From contig NC_042999.1 of assembly GCF_006345805.1 (NCBI RefSeq), positions 115,754,001 to 115,818,000 on the forward strand: 64,000 bases of DNA. Direction: 5' to 3'. The stretch comes from Octopus sinensis. Its lineage: Eukaryota. Under the pieces are notes generated by a model that saw only the letters and a list, made by a program, of their open reading frames with translations, was not told where the DNA came from and searched no databases. The position numbers and the translations under genes are program-made. Of this stretch, positions 25,391 to 37,532 are shown piece by piece (within the stretch, counting starts at the first letter, position 1; every line of letters begins with the position of its first letter).

Positions 25391-25771
25391 AGAGAGAGAG
25401 AGAGAGAGGAAGAGAGAGAGAGAGAGAGGAAGAGAGAGAGAGAGAGAAGAGAGAATTAAAGAAAAGAAATAAAAACGAAAAAGGAAAACGAAAGAAGAGA
25501 CAGTAAGGGATAGTGTACCAGTTAGTGGTCAGTTGCGATAGTTTGAAAGTAGAAAGTAAAGGAGTGTCAATTGTGCAGAGATAGAGTCTAAGTAATGGGG
25601 CAGAGAGAAGGGTAGTAGTATGGAATGAAGAATTTAAGAATTTGGGTGGTTGGACAGGTCAGTGCTTAGTAGTAGAAAATATATATGTGATGTATACAGA
25701 TGTTTATACATATCAATATCTACATATACAACTCTTACTCGTATGAATATGCACACATGCGCACCCATGTA

Positions 25772-25819
25772 TACTGGAAAGAGCAGTCGATAATGTACGA
25801 TACTATAGTAAAGCTTCAC

Positions 25820-25852
<33 letters not shown>

Positions 25853-26266
25853 TATATATACTGGCAAAAATGTTTGCAGGCGGCGAAAATAAAACATTTC
25901 ATCTTACCTTTAAGAAGAACATTAAATATATGTACAACCCAGATGTGGACAGTCTACGACCTAGATTTCGAACCAACCAAATTACGCTTGCTAACGTAAA
26001 TTTGATTAGTTTCTCTTTGGCTAGATTCACCTAGACAAAATTTCGAATGTTTCTACATCAGTGCCAGTATACTCGTCTGAATGCTTGGCCATTAACAAAC
26101 CTAGAACAGTGAAAAAGTTTTCAAAGAAAAAAATACAGTAGTATTGCTTCCCAGTAAAACAAAGCACCATCAGGTTAAAGTATAAATATAGAATAGTGAT
26201 ACAACAATGCAGCAATATTTACTGGGAATAGCAGTCGATAATATACGACACTATAGTAAAGCTTCA

Positions 26267-26268
<2 letters not shown>
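25772..26268 (+). repeat. 49-bp direct repeat (25772-25820 and 26220-26268), each copy followed by (TA)n
   Basis: tactggaaagagcagtcgataatgtacgatactatagtaaagcttcact versus tactgggaatagcagtcgataatatacgacactatagtaaagcttcact. Confidence 0.85.
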
Positions 26269-26310
<42 letters not shown>

Positions 26311-26320
26311 ATATATATAT

Positions 26321-26354
<34 letters not shown>

Positions 26355-26361
<7 letters not shown>

Positions 26362-26550
26362 ACGTGGAGTAGATAAAACATGGACAACTGAAGAAGGGGA
26401 ATATTCTTTATGTTGTATGTCTCGTTTCTCTGTTTGTTTTTTTCGTTGTTCGAAAAAAGTTCGTTTCTCTATGTTTTTGTTTTTATGTTTTCGTTTCTCA
26501 TTGTGTTCAACGTTTTTTCTTTGATGTCCTGTACCCATATATGCATGTGT
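26355..26550 (+). repeat. (TA)n-embedded interspersed repeat; other copies at ~16295-16385 (+) and ~50450-50590 (-)
   Basis: ctatgtttttgtttttatgttttcgtttctcattgtgttc is shared with 16306-16345. The end gatgtcctgtacccatatatgc is related to the reverse complement of 50451-50472. Confidence 0.7.
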
Positions 26551-26561
26551 ATATACATATA

Positions 26562-26666
<105 letters not shown>

Positions 26667-26792
26667 ATATATACGAGGGAGTTGACAAACGAAAGAAGAG
26701 CACTCAACACATTTATTGATTTATTGGTAGTTACTTGTATAGATCAAAATAGTTTGATTCAGATTCCTTGGTACTCTGAGTTTCAAGCGCCT

Positions 26793-27264
26793 TGCTAGTT
26801 TTCGGCCATTTGAGTCTGACTGAGAGTTCGATTGAAGAGAGTCAATGTTTATTACTGGATGTTAGTCTGAGATTGGTCGATCAAGGTCAGGCAGTATCGA
26901 TGGTATTTTAGCGATAGCACTAGATGAAAAATTCTGCATACTCACCCGTATAAGTACTGTTGCATACACGCAGAAATATGGGCGTATACATATACGTATA
27001 TACATATATAACCCCACGTCTATCGCCCCTTCCTACTTCCCTCCAACCACACGACTGATATCTTGTCCACGACGTTGTCGATTTCCTGTTCACCACGCGT
27101 CAGTTTCCTGTTCACCATGCGGTATTTTCCATGTAAGTGCTGTTGTTGAAATACCATCAATAGAGCGTGACCTTTCTCGACCAATTGCAGGCCAACGTCC
27201 AGTAATAAACATTGACTCTCTGCAATCGAACTCTCAGTCAGCCCCCAATGGCCGAAGACTAGCA
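26793..27264. mobile_element. Fold-back element with long terminal inverted repeats (~115-150 bp), TG...CA ends
   Basis: tgctagttttcggccatttgagtctgactgagagttcgattgaagagagtcaatgtttattactggatgtt... versus ...aacgtccagtaataaacattgactctctgcaatcgaactctcagtcagcccccaatggccgaagactagca. Confidence 0.85.
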
Positions 27265-27297
27265 CGCGCTAGGAAAAAAAATATATATGCTTGTATG

Positions 27298-27349
<52 letters not shown>

Positions 27350-27361
<12 letters not shown>

Positions 27362-27570
27362 TGTGTGTCTTGGTGTTGTTTTTGTCCCGCACCACCGCTT
27401 GATCAACGGCTGTTGAGTTGTTACGTCCCAGTTACTAAGTGGTTCGGCCAAAGAGACCACTGGAATAAGTAACAGGCTTTAAAAAAATGTACTGGGATTG
27501 GTTTGTTCGACTAAACGCGTCGAGGCGGTGCCCCAGCATGATCACCGTTCTGTGTCTGAAACTTTATCCT
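27350..27570 (+). mobile_element. SINE family B, 3' part
   Basis: Follows (TG)n and matches the tail of the 37122-37520 copy. Confidence 0.75.
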
Positions 27571-27600
27571 ATTTCCACTTTTCAAATAATTGATAAAGTT

Positions 27601-27784
27601 TATTAATAGTTATCGCCAAGCTAATATAGCAGTCCAGAAATATAGGACGTATGCTGACCTCCCCTGTTCGAAGGTTCGTGCGTCACATAGCTAGCTAGAG
27701 GCGATGGCCTTTTGGAGCTAATCAACGGCAGCATTCGTCCTATATTTCTGGGCTGCCATATTAGCTTCGCGATAACTATTAATA
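27601..27784. mobile_element. MITE-like element (184 bp, ~50-56-bp TIRs, TA ends)
   Basis: tattaatagttatcgccaagctaatatagcagtccagaaatataggacg versus cgtcctatatttctgggctgccatattagcttcgcgataactattaata (3 mismatches). Confidence 0.85.
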
Positions 27785-28092
27785 TCCAGTACCGCTGCCG
27801 TAGTCTTCTTTAGAGAGACTTAGAAATTTTAATATTTCTATGATAAAGTTTACATTTTATTTTTATTTTACGTGAGTTAATTTATGATTTATATTTGAGT
27901 TAAACTTGAATACCAATTTTGTAAGCGATTCTACATAACAAAATCGCTTATTCTAAAATACTTTTGCAGATTAAATGATTAAATGAGAGATGAAAGTGGC
28001 AGTCAGTAAGATCTGCTGAAGTTTACTTAGATGTATATGTGTGTATATCCATCCATCCATCCATCCATCCATCCATCCGTCCGTCCGTCTGC

Positions 28093-28123
<31 letters not shown>

Positions 28124-29276
28124 TTTATCTAGCTATATAATATCACTTTCACTCTGTTGTTAATCCTGGAGTTTACTCTTTTTAGTTCATTAACGGGTAC
28201 AGACTGTCGGTTATAATTATAAATCAGAGACTGAATTTTTGCAGATCATATTTCCGAAAATCCATGATATCCGCAGAACTAAAATGATTATTAACAAAGG
28301 GAACAGAGTAAACAAGTTGTTTAATTTACAATTTTCGTTTTCCTACAAAAACTATATCAGCAGATGTCCGTTTCATAAAAGAATAATTAAAAACACATAA
28401 ACTACACCGTAGCTATATGATTTATACATTTTCTGGTGACAGAAAACGATATCATTAACTGACTTATTTTATTTTACGTTTATCCTTTCCTCTATTCCTC
28501 ATCATATTTATTGACCAGTGGACTTAAATTGTGGTTTATTCTGTATTTATTGTTTTATATTTTTTTCTATCTTGGTTTCACTCTTGAACTGCAAATGTGT
28601 TCATATGAACACATCTACTCGGTTTTGGGTATAAATTCATGCAAATATATACGATTTCTGTATCATATGTATTCTATACAGCATTTTGATTGGGTAACAT
28701 CCGATTGCATTGATATAATGACATATCGTAAGTCTATCGTTCCATATATTATATATTGTAATATAGCAACACTCATAAGTTCGAATGCCGGTAAAACAAT
28801 TGTAAATTGTAAATTATATAGTAAAACAATTTGCTCACTCTATTCTCCTTGCTAATATATATACAGGAAGGGAGAGAGATTTAGATATATAACTGTATTT
28901 ACTCTGTATTCTCTTGCCGATCTACTCATATGTTTAGTTCTAACAACTGATTATCAGTAACGTTTTATCTTAATGAAATCAATATATATAGATATTGTAC
29001 TTGTGTGTGTATCTGTGTGTGTGTGAGTGTGTCTGCGTGTGCGTGTTAATGTGTGAGTGTGTTAGTGTGTTTGTTTGTGTGTGTGTGTGTATGTGTGTCT
29101 CTGTGTGTAGCACATCTGTGTTAGAAGTGTATAGAGTCAATTATCATTGTGAGTTGGTAAACCAGATTATCTCCTTATTACTAACTCACTGAAGAGTAAT
29201 ATTGTCTATGGCTGACTAATGCCAGCCACACGACCTATGTATGAGAAAATATTGTTTATCAACACACATACTCACA

Positions 29277-29320
<44 letters not shown>

Positions 29321-29440
29321 ACACACACACACACACACATGTATATGTATATATGTGTAAGTGCGTGTGTGTACGTGTGTGTACGTGTATGTACGTGTAT
29401 ATAAACTATATATATGTATATGTATATATGTATATACATA

Positions 29441-29909
29441 TACGGGCTTTCAGTTTCTGTCTACCAAATCCACTTACAAGGCTTTGGTTGGCTCGAGGCT
29501 ATAGCAGAAAACACTTGCCTAAGGTGCCACGTAACGGGACTGAACCCGGAACCATGTAGTTGGGAAGCAAGCTTCTTACCACATAGCCACGCCTACACAT
29601 ATAGGCACAGGCGAGGCGGAGTGGATTTGGTCGACAGAAACTGAAAGAAGCCCGTCGTATACATAAATATATATATATATGTATGTATATGTGTGAATGT
29701 GTGTGTGTGTCTGTGCTTGCCCTCCCACTATCGCTTGACAACTGATGCTGGTATGTTTGTTCCCGTAAATTAGCGGTTCAGCAAAAGCGACCGATAGAAT
29801 GAGCACTAAGCTTCCAAAGAATAAGACCTGGTGTCGATTTCTTCCGCTGAAACCATTTAAGGCATACTTCAGCATGGCCGCAGTAAAAATGACTGAAACA
29901 AGTAAAAGA

Positions 29910-29910
<1 letters not shown>
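29441..29910. mobile_element. Two family-B SINE pieces in inverted, head-to-head arrangement (29441-29595 minus; 29620-29910 plus)
   Basis: cgggctttcagtttctgtctaccaaatccac versus gtggatttggtcgacagaaactgaaagaagcccg. Confidence 0.85.
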
Positions 29911-29955
<45 letters not shown>

Positions 29956-30059
29956 TTTCGGATTAGATATTCAGGAGAGGAGTGGTGGACAGTGATCATG
30001 ACCATTGCAAACTATATATAGCTGGTGGGATTGATGCCGTGGATGTTTAGTCTTAATTT

Positions 30060-30420
30060 ATGAATATCAAAATCTGCAGAAAGAAAAAAATAGACAGGAG
30101 GTAAGTTCCAAAGTATTGCATATCTAGGAGTGGACATGGTAAGCATGCTGTAAAGGATTTGGAAGATAAGAATGTAGTATGTTGAGACAGGTACATGAAG
30201 TAGACAGAAAAGGAAGTGGTATGCGGTTTGTTTTCTTTTAGAAAAGTAGGGTCCCTTGCAGTAGCAATGTAAGAGGCTGAGAGAGGAAACTGAGAGTGAT
30301 TACGCGCCAGTGGTTGTAATGTGAACAGGAAACAACTTTTACTTACAACCACAAAGCGGTCTAGAGTTCTTCTATAAATACACCGACACTGTCTCATAAA
30401 GGGTACAGAGTAAAGATCCC
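30060..30420 (-). mobile_element. Possible degenerate LINE (CR1/L2) 3' fragment
   Basis: Open minus frame of ~150 codons lacking clear catalytic motifs; resemblance to LINE 3' ends only. Confidence 0.3.
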
Positions 30421-30705
30421 CTTCCGTTATTAATGACGATGGGATTGCACCTAGAAGGTTCTCTCCCGAGGCACAAGTCCGGGCAAAGTTGTTTATGGAA
30501 GACCAGCAGTTGCCCATGCATACCAGCCTTCCATCTCCACGCCACCTATGTTACCCAACGGAAAGACAAAAGCCGATACAGCTTGACACTTATGACATCG
30601 CAACTTATTTCTACAGCTGAGAGAGCTGGAGCAACGTGAAATAAACGTGTCTTGCTCAAGAGCACAACACACATCCCGGTCCAGGAATCGAACTAACTAT
30701 CTCCC
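30420..30705 (-). mobile_element. tRNA-derived SINE, family C
   Basis: Reverse complement of the family at 44465-44752 (ttcgattcc.ggaccgg..gtgttgtg(t)tcttgagcaagacac.ttatttcacgttgctc). Confidence 0.85.
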
Positions 30706-31963
30706 TTACGGATTCGACAAAGAGATCACTAAAATAAGACTTTTAAAAAATTAATTAACGGGGTTAATGTGCCTGGGTGAACCAGCATGGCTGCTATTCA
30801 ATGACTGAAACAAGTAAAGAATAAAAGATAAACAGCTGCATCCCACTGACACATACACACACAGAAAACTATGCGGTAGTATTGTTTAGTTTATGAGTAT
30901 GCTAGCATTAAAACGTTATTACGATTCTATTTGCTTCTTAGTAAGGTAATAGCGCTCATAGGGCTTTAAACTTTTAACATTTTAGCTTTCAGTTCTTTAT
31001 AAAATCAAACTGCGCTTTCTATCTTAGATTCTGACATGACTACTGTGATCTATTCTGTTCTTTTAACATTGGTGGTTGCATTTCATATTCACTGCAAACT
31101 ACACATTCTAATCTGCTTTTAGACATATTTGTATCTCATTTTGCTGCCCGCAGAAACAGTTTCGTAGAATAATTCAACGTCACCTACCACAAAATATACA
31201 TTACTCTTCATTTCCTGTTTGGCTCATTTATTCCCTGCAGTTACATTTCATTTGATAAAATAAAGTACCAGTCAATAACTGGCGTCAATTTGTATCCTTT
31301 ATAATGCATTCTAGATGTGAATGGAATTTTAATAGAAGAGGTGTCCCACACATCTCATGCACTAGAGTTATCCTGCTTCTGTTGCGAAATGAAAATCTCT
31401 TTCAACGAATCAACCAGTGTGAAGTAAATAAAGTGTAAGAATTCATTTATCATTAAAGTCATACTTCATCTTAAGGTTATTACATTAATCAAAGATAATA
31501 ATTCGTTGCAATGATTGAACCCACTGATAATGCATAATTTGCCTGATTTTCTCACCATCTCAGGCTATCATTCGCAGTGAAATATTATTATACATTCATA
31601 TGTACTTTTCTATGTGATTTCATTTATAATGTGATTGTTCTAATGCAACAGCTGAAACAATAAACTGCCATGATAGAGATGTATCTAAACCAAGAGGCAT
31701 ATATCCGCGACTCACTTTTCATCTATCGCTTGTTTTATCCTGTGCATTGTGGACACAACTGGAGGCATTAGAATTTGAATATCCGTTCTCAACAATGAAA
31801 TCCTTTTCAAATAGAACATTTTAAACATTTTATCGGGTAATCATTCTGGAAAATTTGCATTTGCATTTTAAAAATAGAGAAAAAATATGAAATGCTAATC
31901 ACTCCCTCCAATTAACTCTTAATTATTGAAATGACTACCTTCAAGGATAGAACTCAACAATCG

Positions 31964-32033
<70 letters not shown>

Positions 32034-32899
32034 CGCGCGCGCGCGTGTGGGTGTGTCGGCGTGTTCACATGTGTATCTTTGCGCATGCATACAAACCTGT
32101 ACGTGATTTTCAATCATAATCGTGATTATAATTCTTCGATTCAGAATATAATGATTTTTCTCACTCGCCTCAAAGAACGCACCTATCTTTCTTACGAATT
32201 AGCGATACAGTCGCCTTACTCAACCGAAAGATATAACTAATATATCATATCATCGTTCCGATAAAAGGATAAAAAAATTGAAGTCTGATGCTATTAGATC
32301 TCTGAGAATATGTAATATATTCACTAAAATTTAGAGTAAGGGCTTTACAAATATGTATGTGTGTTTGCGTGCGCGTGTGTGTGCATGTGTGTGTGTGTGT
32401 TTACGTATATTAGAGAGTAGATATATTAATACGGATACTGATGACGTTCACGTTCATGAAACATCACATTGTGATAAAGGTCAATATTTGTAGAATCTAT
32501 TTTTAAATTCAAAATCCTAATGTTTCACAATTCTGTCTGATGGTTTGGTACCTGATATGTACTTGGTAAAGGAATTTTGAAGAGCTTCGAATTAATTCTA
32601 TTGTCATGGTAAATTTGACCTCCATACGAGAAGCGACCAATGCTTCACACTTAGGGTCGTAGAAAATTCCCTGTTTTGCAGTATGAAATGCATACTTTTC
32701 CTACTGTAGTTTTTTTTTGAAATCGCTTAGGTAAAACATAGTACAGATGCACAATATACATGATACCAAGTTCATATATTTACACACATACATACATGTA
32801 CAGAGTCATACATATTTCTATATATCATTATAATTATAATAAGGCTTCACGGCCTTTTGGCCCAGATAAAAGTGTATTATTATAATTATAATTAAGGAG

Positions 32900-33070
32900 T
32901 CGAGTTGGTAGAAACGTTAGTACGCCGAGAAAAATGCTTAGCAGCATTTCGTCCGTCTTTACATTCTGAATTCAAATTCTACTGCTGTCGACTTTGCTTT
33001 TCATTCTTTCGGGGTCGATACAATAAGTACCAGTTGAACACTGGGGTCGATATAACCGATAACGACTCCC
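32900..33070 (+). mobile_element. SINE family A
   Basis: ttggtagaaacgttagtacgccgagaaaaatgcttagc..tctgaattcaaattc..gtcgactttgc..cactggggtcgat. Confidence 0.85.
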
Positions 33071-33152
33071 ACCAAAAAACAAAAATAATAAATTCAGCTT
33101 TTCTGTAGATGAAAGCATAATTATGATTATTTCTAATAATAATACGGCTATA

Positions 33153-33618
33153 ATAATTAATAACGACAGAAGCAGTACCAATAGCAAATGGTAATCTCAG
33201 TTTGCAAACTAACGTGGAGGTTGTGCTGGAACACATAACACTGCGTTATTTTTCTTGAAAGGATCTCTCATAAGGATTCGTGGTCACTCTTTTTTTATAT
33301 CATTGTCAGAGAGAATCGTCTGCTACGGCCGCTGGAACTGTCAGATCACGTGATTTCATCCTGCTATCGGTTTCTCAGTTACAGGTATCCAGCAGCAGGA
33401 CAAGTTCTGAATCCCCCGTCAACAACATATAGAATCTCATTGTCTATTCAGGCACTGGTGCCGCAAATAGTGTGTTTATCAAAAAATAATTAATAGTGAC
33501 AGAAGCAGTATTAATACCAAGATTAATGTTGATCTCAAACTTAAGGTCGAAGTTGTGTTAGAACACAGAATACTGTGTTATTTACCTTGAAAATATCTCT
33601 CATAAAGTCTCGCGGTCT
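33153..33618 (+). repeat. Old tandem duplication (33153-33288 versus 33486-33618)
   Basis: ataattaata(ac/gt)gacagaagcagta..gttgtg(c/t)t(g/a)gaacac..actg(c/t)gttattt..cttgaaa..atctctcataa. Confidence 0.7.
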
Positions 33619-33859
33619 ATATGTTTATGTATTTGTCTTGCAAGATTCTTGATGTGAAAGCGTGTGTTGAAACAGATATTGTTATACTCGTTTTTCTAAT
33701 TAAACATGCACTATTTATTTGATCTCCACTTTAGTTTTTATTCGTATTATTTTTAGCCTATATATCTGTCAAAGTTCTTTCGGCACACGTCTCGTGATCA
33801 CATTAGTGACTCTCTGCCCCATGTGCTCCTCTTGTCTTTCTTATTCTACTTTGCCTAGA

Positions 33860-35260
33860 GATTTGGTAAAGGAGCAACCGAAAATGTTTCAAGAAGAAAT
33901 AGAACTAGATTACTCGTGTGAATATAATGACGTTTGGCTCCGTTTCTTTTCAAGAAGAGACATGGCTTAAACTATTATGTAGTTTGTAGCGATAAACGTT
34001 CGAAAAACAAAGACGCAACAGTTGTTTTCGTTGATGCGAAATTTATTTTTGATGCACAATTCTATCTTGAGACGCTCTACAAAGCCGATTAGGCTGCTTT
34101 GTGATGGATATGTTCTAAAAAAAATCAAAACAAAACAAATACTAACAGCTGAGGATGCAGAATCACTGACAGGTTATAGAAGTTCGAGACATTGTTTTAC
34201 GGTACTAGGCTACTCTAATTCTACGTGGAACCCATAAGCTTAAGTTGCTAGTAATCGATAATAGTTTATGTCTTATAGCCGTCACAAATATGACTCATTT
34301 TGTATTGATTTACAGCACCAATGAAGCATGGATGGATTACGACTAGTATTTACACTAGAATGATCTGAAAAATATTTTGTCTGTGGAGAAAGAGCTCATC
34401 CTGACTCTTATGATAACACTTATTTTAAACATATTCTGCGCAACCGAAAACAGAATTTCTTGTAAAAAGAAAAACGTTTCCGGTATTTACCTTAGCTACT
34501 AATTCAACTTCTGAGCAACAGTATTTCACATTCTAATAAATCTAAGCATCGTTTATTGTTTATGAGCTACATACTAAGTATAGTTAAGTCTGGCAAACCA
34601 GTACATGAGTTTCTTAAAGAATTTAATGTGCAAGACATATTTAACTGCATTCCCAATACTCGGAAGTCTTAAACAAATGTATACCTTGTATCTAGTAAAG
34701 ACAGTGGAAATTACTTTAGAGAACTTAGGAAAGCATATTATGTAAAACAACTTTCTTTTGTTCATGATGTAACTAATCTTGCTTATGAAGCTCTTACATC
34801 GAAGGTGAAGATAATATTGCCGAATGGATGAATGTAAATGACGCAGCAGCTAATATACTTCATCATAATGACTCGGAAATTGCGCAGATGGTTGTAAGTC
34901 GGAAAAAAGATGGCGGTGGATAAGAATGTAATAGTGAAATATCAGAAAGAATTTCTATTCTTACGTTAATTCAGTTGTCAAATGAAGTGCGAAAAAGTAT
35001 AGAGCAACACAATTCTATAACGGAATTCGAAATAATAAACGTTTAATTTCTGTAGTATAAACTAACCAGAAAAAGACCACAGTATAGTAAAAAGCTAAAT
35101 TCTTGCAACAAAGAAGTCGACATTTGAAAATCCTGTATTATCAACGTCTGCTCATCCAGATGTGTTGCTATCATCATCACCAATTTCTGAAGATATAATA
35201 GAAAGATATTGTGACTGTTTTATCATTAACTCCTAACGATTCAATCCCCTATCAACATAG
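33860..35260 (+). mobile_element. pogo/Tigger (jerky/CENP-B-like) DNA transposon remnant
   Basis: Frameshifted translation gives 'CEY..WLRFF.KRHGL' (CENP-B HTH), 'LYKAD.AAL.W.YV' (YNADETxL), 'AWM', 'IL..DN', and the C-terminal 'EWMNVND..DSEIAQMV..IEQHNSITEFEI'. Confidence 0.75.
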
Positions 35261-35692
35261 GCAGGGCGTTTGCAACTGCCTCTACTTTACGATATATAAT
35301 TTTGCCAAGTAGTAAATTCCAGCTCTTCACTTTCAAACCGTCAGTGAAGAAGTTTCTTATGTCAGTCAATATAATTCATGGACCTGTACCTTTTATTTTA
35401 CCTGTTTTCCATTTGTATCTCATTTTGGGATCTTTTTCCTTTTATCTATCTACTTGTATTAATTTACACGGTATTTTAAAAATGGGATGAGGTGGTTTAT
35501 TGTTGGGTAAATGAATATATGAATTTTGAATTACAACTACAGCTCATTCGATAATCTTGCAACCTGCAGGTCCCAACGATACCCGATTATTTCCCTGTAT
35601 GTGGGTATATATATATATATTGGTAAAAATGGTAAGATAACAAAAGAAAGAAAGAGACCTCAATATTATGTAAATAGAGGAAATTTATCTAT

Positions 35693-35840
35693 AAAATAAT
35701 GTTACATTTACTCAATAGTCAAGATAAAACTCTGAGTTTCAGATGCCGAAGTGGAAATCCACAACACCATCTCTTCGTGGATTTCCATTTCGGCATCTCA
35801 AACTCAGATTTTTATCTTGACTATTGAGTAAATGTAACAT

Positions 35841-35846
<6 letters not shown>
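35693..35846. repeat. Near-perfect hairpin (70-bp arms, 3 mismatches, 14-nt loop) formed from a Penelope-pLTR-like repeat
   Basis: The arms 35693-35762 and 35777-35846 were read directly. Confidence 0.95.
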
Positions 35847-35904
<58 letters not shown>

Positions 35905-35919
35905 CATACATACATATAT

Positions 35920-35975
<56 letters not shown>

Positions 35976-36000
35976 CTATGCACACACATATATATATGTA

Positions 36001-37002
36001 TCAAGCCCAGCAAAAGTCACCAGCGGTGTCCCCCAGGGGACTGTCTTGGGTCCGCTACTCTTCATAATCTACGTAAACGACCTTTCCAGTGTCGTACATT
36101 ACTGCAAAGTGAAAATATTTGCTGATGACACCAAGCTCCAGCAAATCGTCAATGAAGAAGCAGACCGAACTCAACTCCAGTCTGATATATATGCTGTGAG
36201 TCAATGGGCAGACAGAAACAAAATGCAACTGAACGAGGGAAAATTTGAGCTGATGCATTTTGGAAGAAACTCCTCACTAAAACAGCCATACTCTCTTCCT
36301 TCAGGGGAACTGCTCACAGCCTCTAACAACATCAGAGACCTAGGTGTAATTGTTGATGACGATCTCAGTTGGAGTGCACACATCAACAAGAAGGTCGATA
36401 TAGCTCGTAGGATGAGTTCCTGGATCTTAAGAACTTTCCGGTCCAGAGAACAAGGTGTCATCATACCACTCTTCTCCTCCTTTGTACGGCCACACCTCGA
36501 ATACTGCTGCCCACTGTGGTCTCCCCATACAAGACAAAACATCTCGAGGATTGAATCATCCCAGAGAGCACTCACTAAACGAATTGAAGGCATGGCTGCT
36601 CTCGATTATTGGGATCGCCTTAAAGCCTTGAAACTCTACTCTCTCCAGCGTCGCCGTGAGCGATACATCATTTGTACGATGTGGAGAATATACCACCAAC
36701 TTTGCCCAAACGACCTGAACATAAGCTTCAAGGTTAATCCAAGACTGGGACCACGGGCCATACGTCCCCTGCCCAATTCAAGATCACAGCATACTTATAC
36801 ACTACAACATAATTTCTTTTCCTCAACAGGCCCTGCCCTATTTAACATTAACCCGAAAGAAATCAAAGAGGAACAGGATCCCATCAACTTTAAACGGAGT
36901 CTGGATAGATTCCTTCAAAGAATACCAGATAAGCCACACATAATTGGATACAACTCACCCAACAAAAACTCACTACTTGAATGGACCATAAACAAAACTT
37001 GA
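36001..37002 (+). CDS. Reverse transcriptase C-terminal half (CR1/L2-type ORF2, truncated)
   Basis: '[21 protein letters not shown]', 'IFADDTKL', 'RDLGVIVD', '[14 protein letters not shown]', '[12 protein letters not shown]'. The 5' YI repeat of the listed ORF is (TA)n. Confidence 0.92.
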   Translation, partial: SSPAKVTSGVPQGTVLGPLLFIIYVNDLSSVVHYCKVKIFADDTKLQQIVNEEADRTQLQSDIYAVSQWADRNKMQLNEGKFELMHFGRNSSLKQPYSLPSGELLTASNNIRDLGVIVDDDLSWSAHINKKVDIARRMSSWILRTFRSREQGVIIPLFSSFVRPHLEYCCPLWSPHTRQNISRIESSQRALTKRIEGMAALDYWDRLKALKLYSLQRRRERYIICTMWRIYHQLCPNDLNISFKVNPRLGPRAIRPLPNSRSQHTYTLQHNFFSSTGPALFNINPKEIKEEQDPINFKRSLDRFLQRIPDKPHIIGYNSPNKNSLLEWTINKT

Positions 37003-37102
37003 CTTAAACAGGATTCAAATAATCCTATCAGGTGGGGCTATTAAGTTAGACATGGCCTGGACCAATCATTGGTCGAAACACATCTAAGTTTATCTAAGTT
37101 TA
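36001..37102 (+). mobile_element. 5'-truncated CR1-clade LINE with 3' UTR and (TCTAAGTTTA)n-like tail
   Basis: RT frame open to 37002, followed by a 3' UTR and the tail 'atctaagtttatctaagtttat'. Both ends lie in TA-rich microsatellite. Confidence 0.9.
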
Positions 37103-37121
37103 TGTATGTATATATATATAT

Positions 37122-37520
37122 AGGAGTGGCTGTGTGGTAAGTAGCTTGCTAACCAACCACATGGTTCCGGGTTCAGTCCCACTGCGTGGCATCTTGGGCA
37201 AGTGTCTTCTGCTATAGCCTCGGGCCGACCAAAGCCTTGTGAGTGGATTTGGTAGACGGAAACTGAAAGAAGCCTCTCGTATATATGTATATATATATGT
37301 GTGTGTGTGTGTATATGTTTGTGTGTCTGTGTTTGTCCCTCTAGCATTGCTTGACAACCGATGCTGGTGTGTTTACGTCCCCGTTACTTAGCGGTTCGGC
37401 AAAAGAGAACGATAGAATAAGTACTGGGCTTACAAAGAATAAGTCCCGGGGTCGATTTGTTCGACTAAAGGCGGTGCTCCAGCATGGCCGCAGTCAAATG
37501 ACTGAAACAAGTAAAAAGAA
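37122..37520 (+). mobile_element. Full-length young SINE family B (tRNA-like head, internal (TA)/(TG)n)
   Basis: Head ggagtggctgtgtggtaag...ggttcagtccc (A/B boxes), ending ...gactgaaacaagtaaaaaga. Confidence 0.9.
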
Positions 37521-37532
37521 AGAAAAAGATAT

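Noticed and set aside
26387-26460. Hammerhead motif starting CTGAAGA
   Set aside because: No stem II or stem III pairing with the nearest GAAA.
34022-34237. CARD/death-fold-like peptide 'VLKKIKTKQILTAEDAESLT'
   Set aside because: The flanking frames give pogo/Tigger HTH and DDE motifs (KRHGL, YxADxxAL, AWM, LxxDN), so it is transposase debris.
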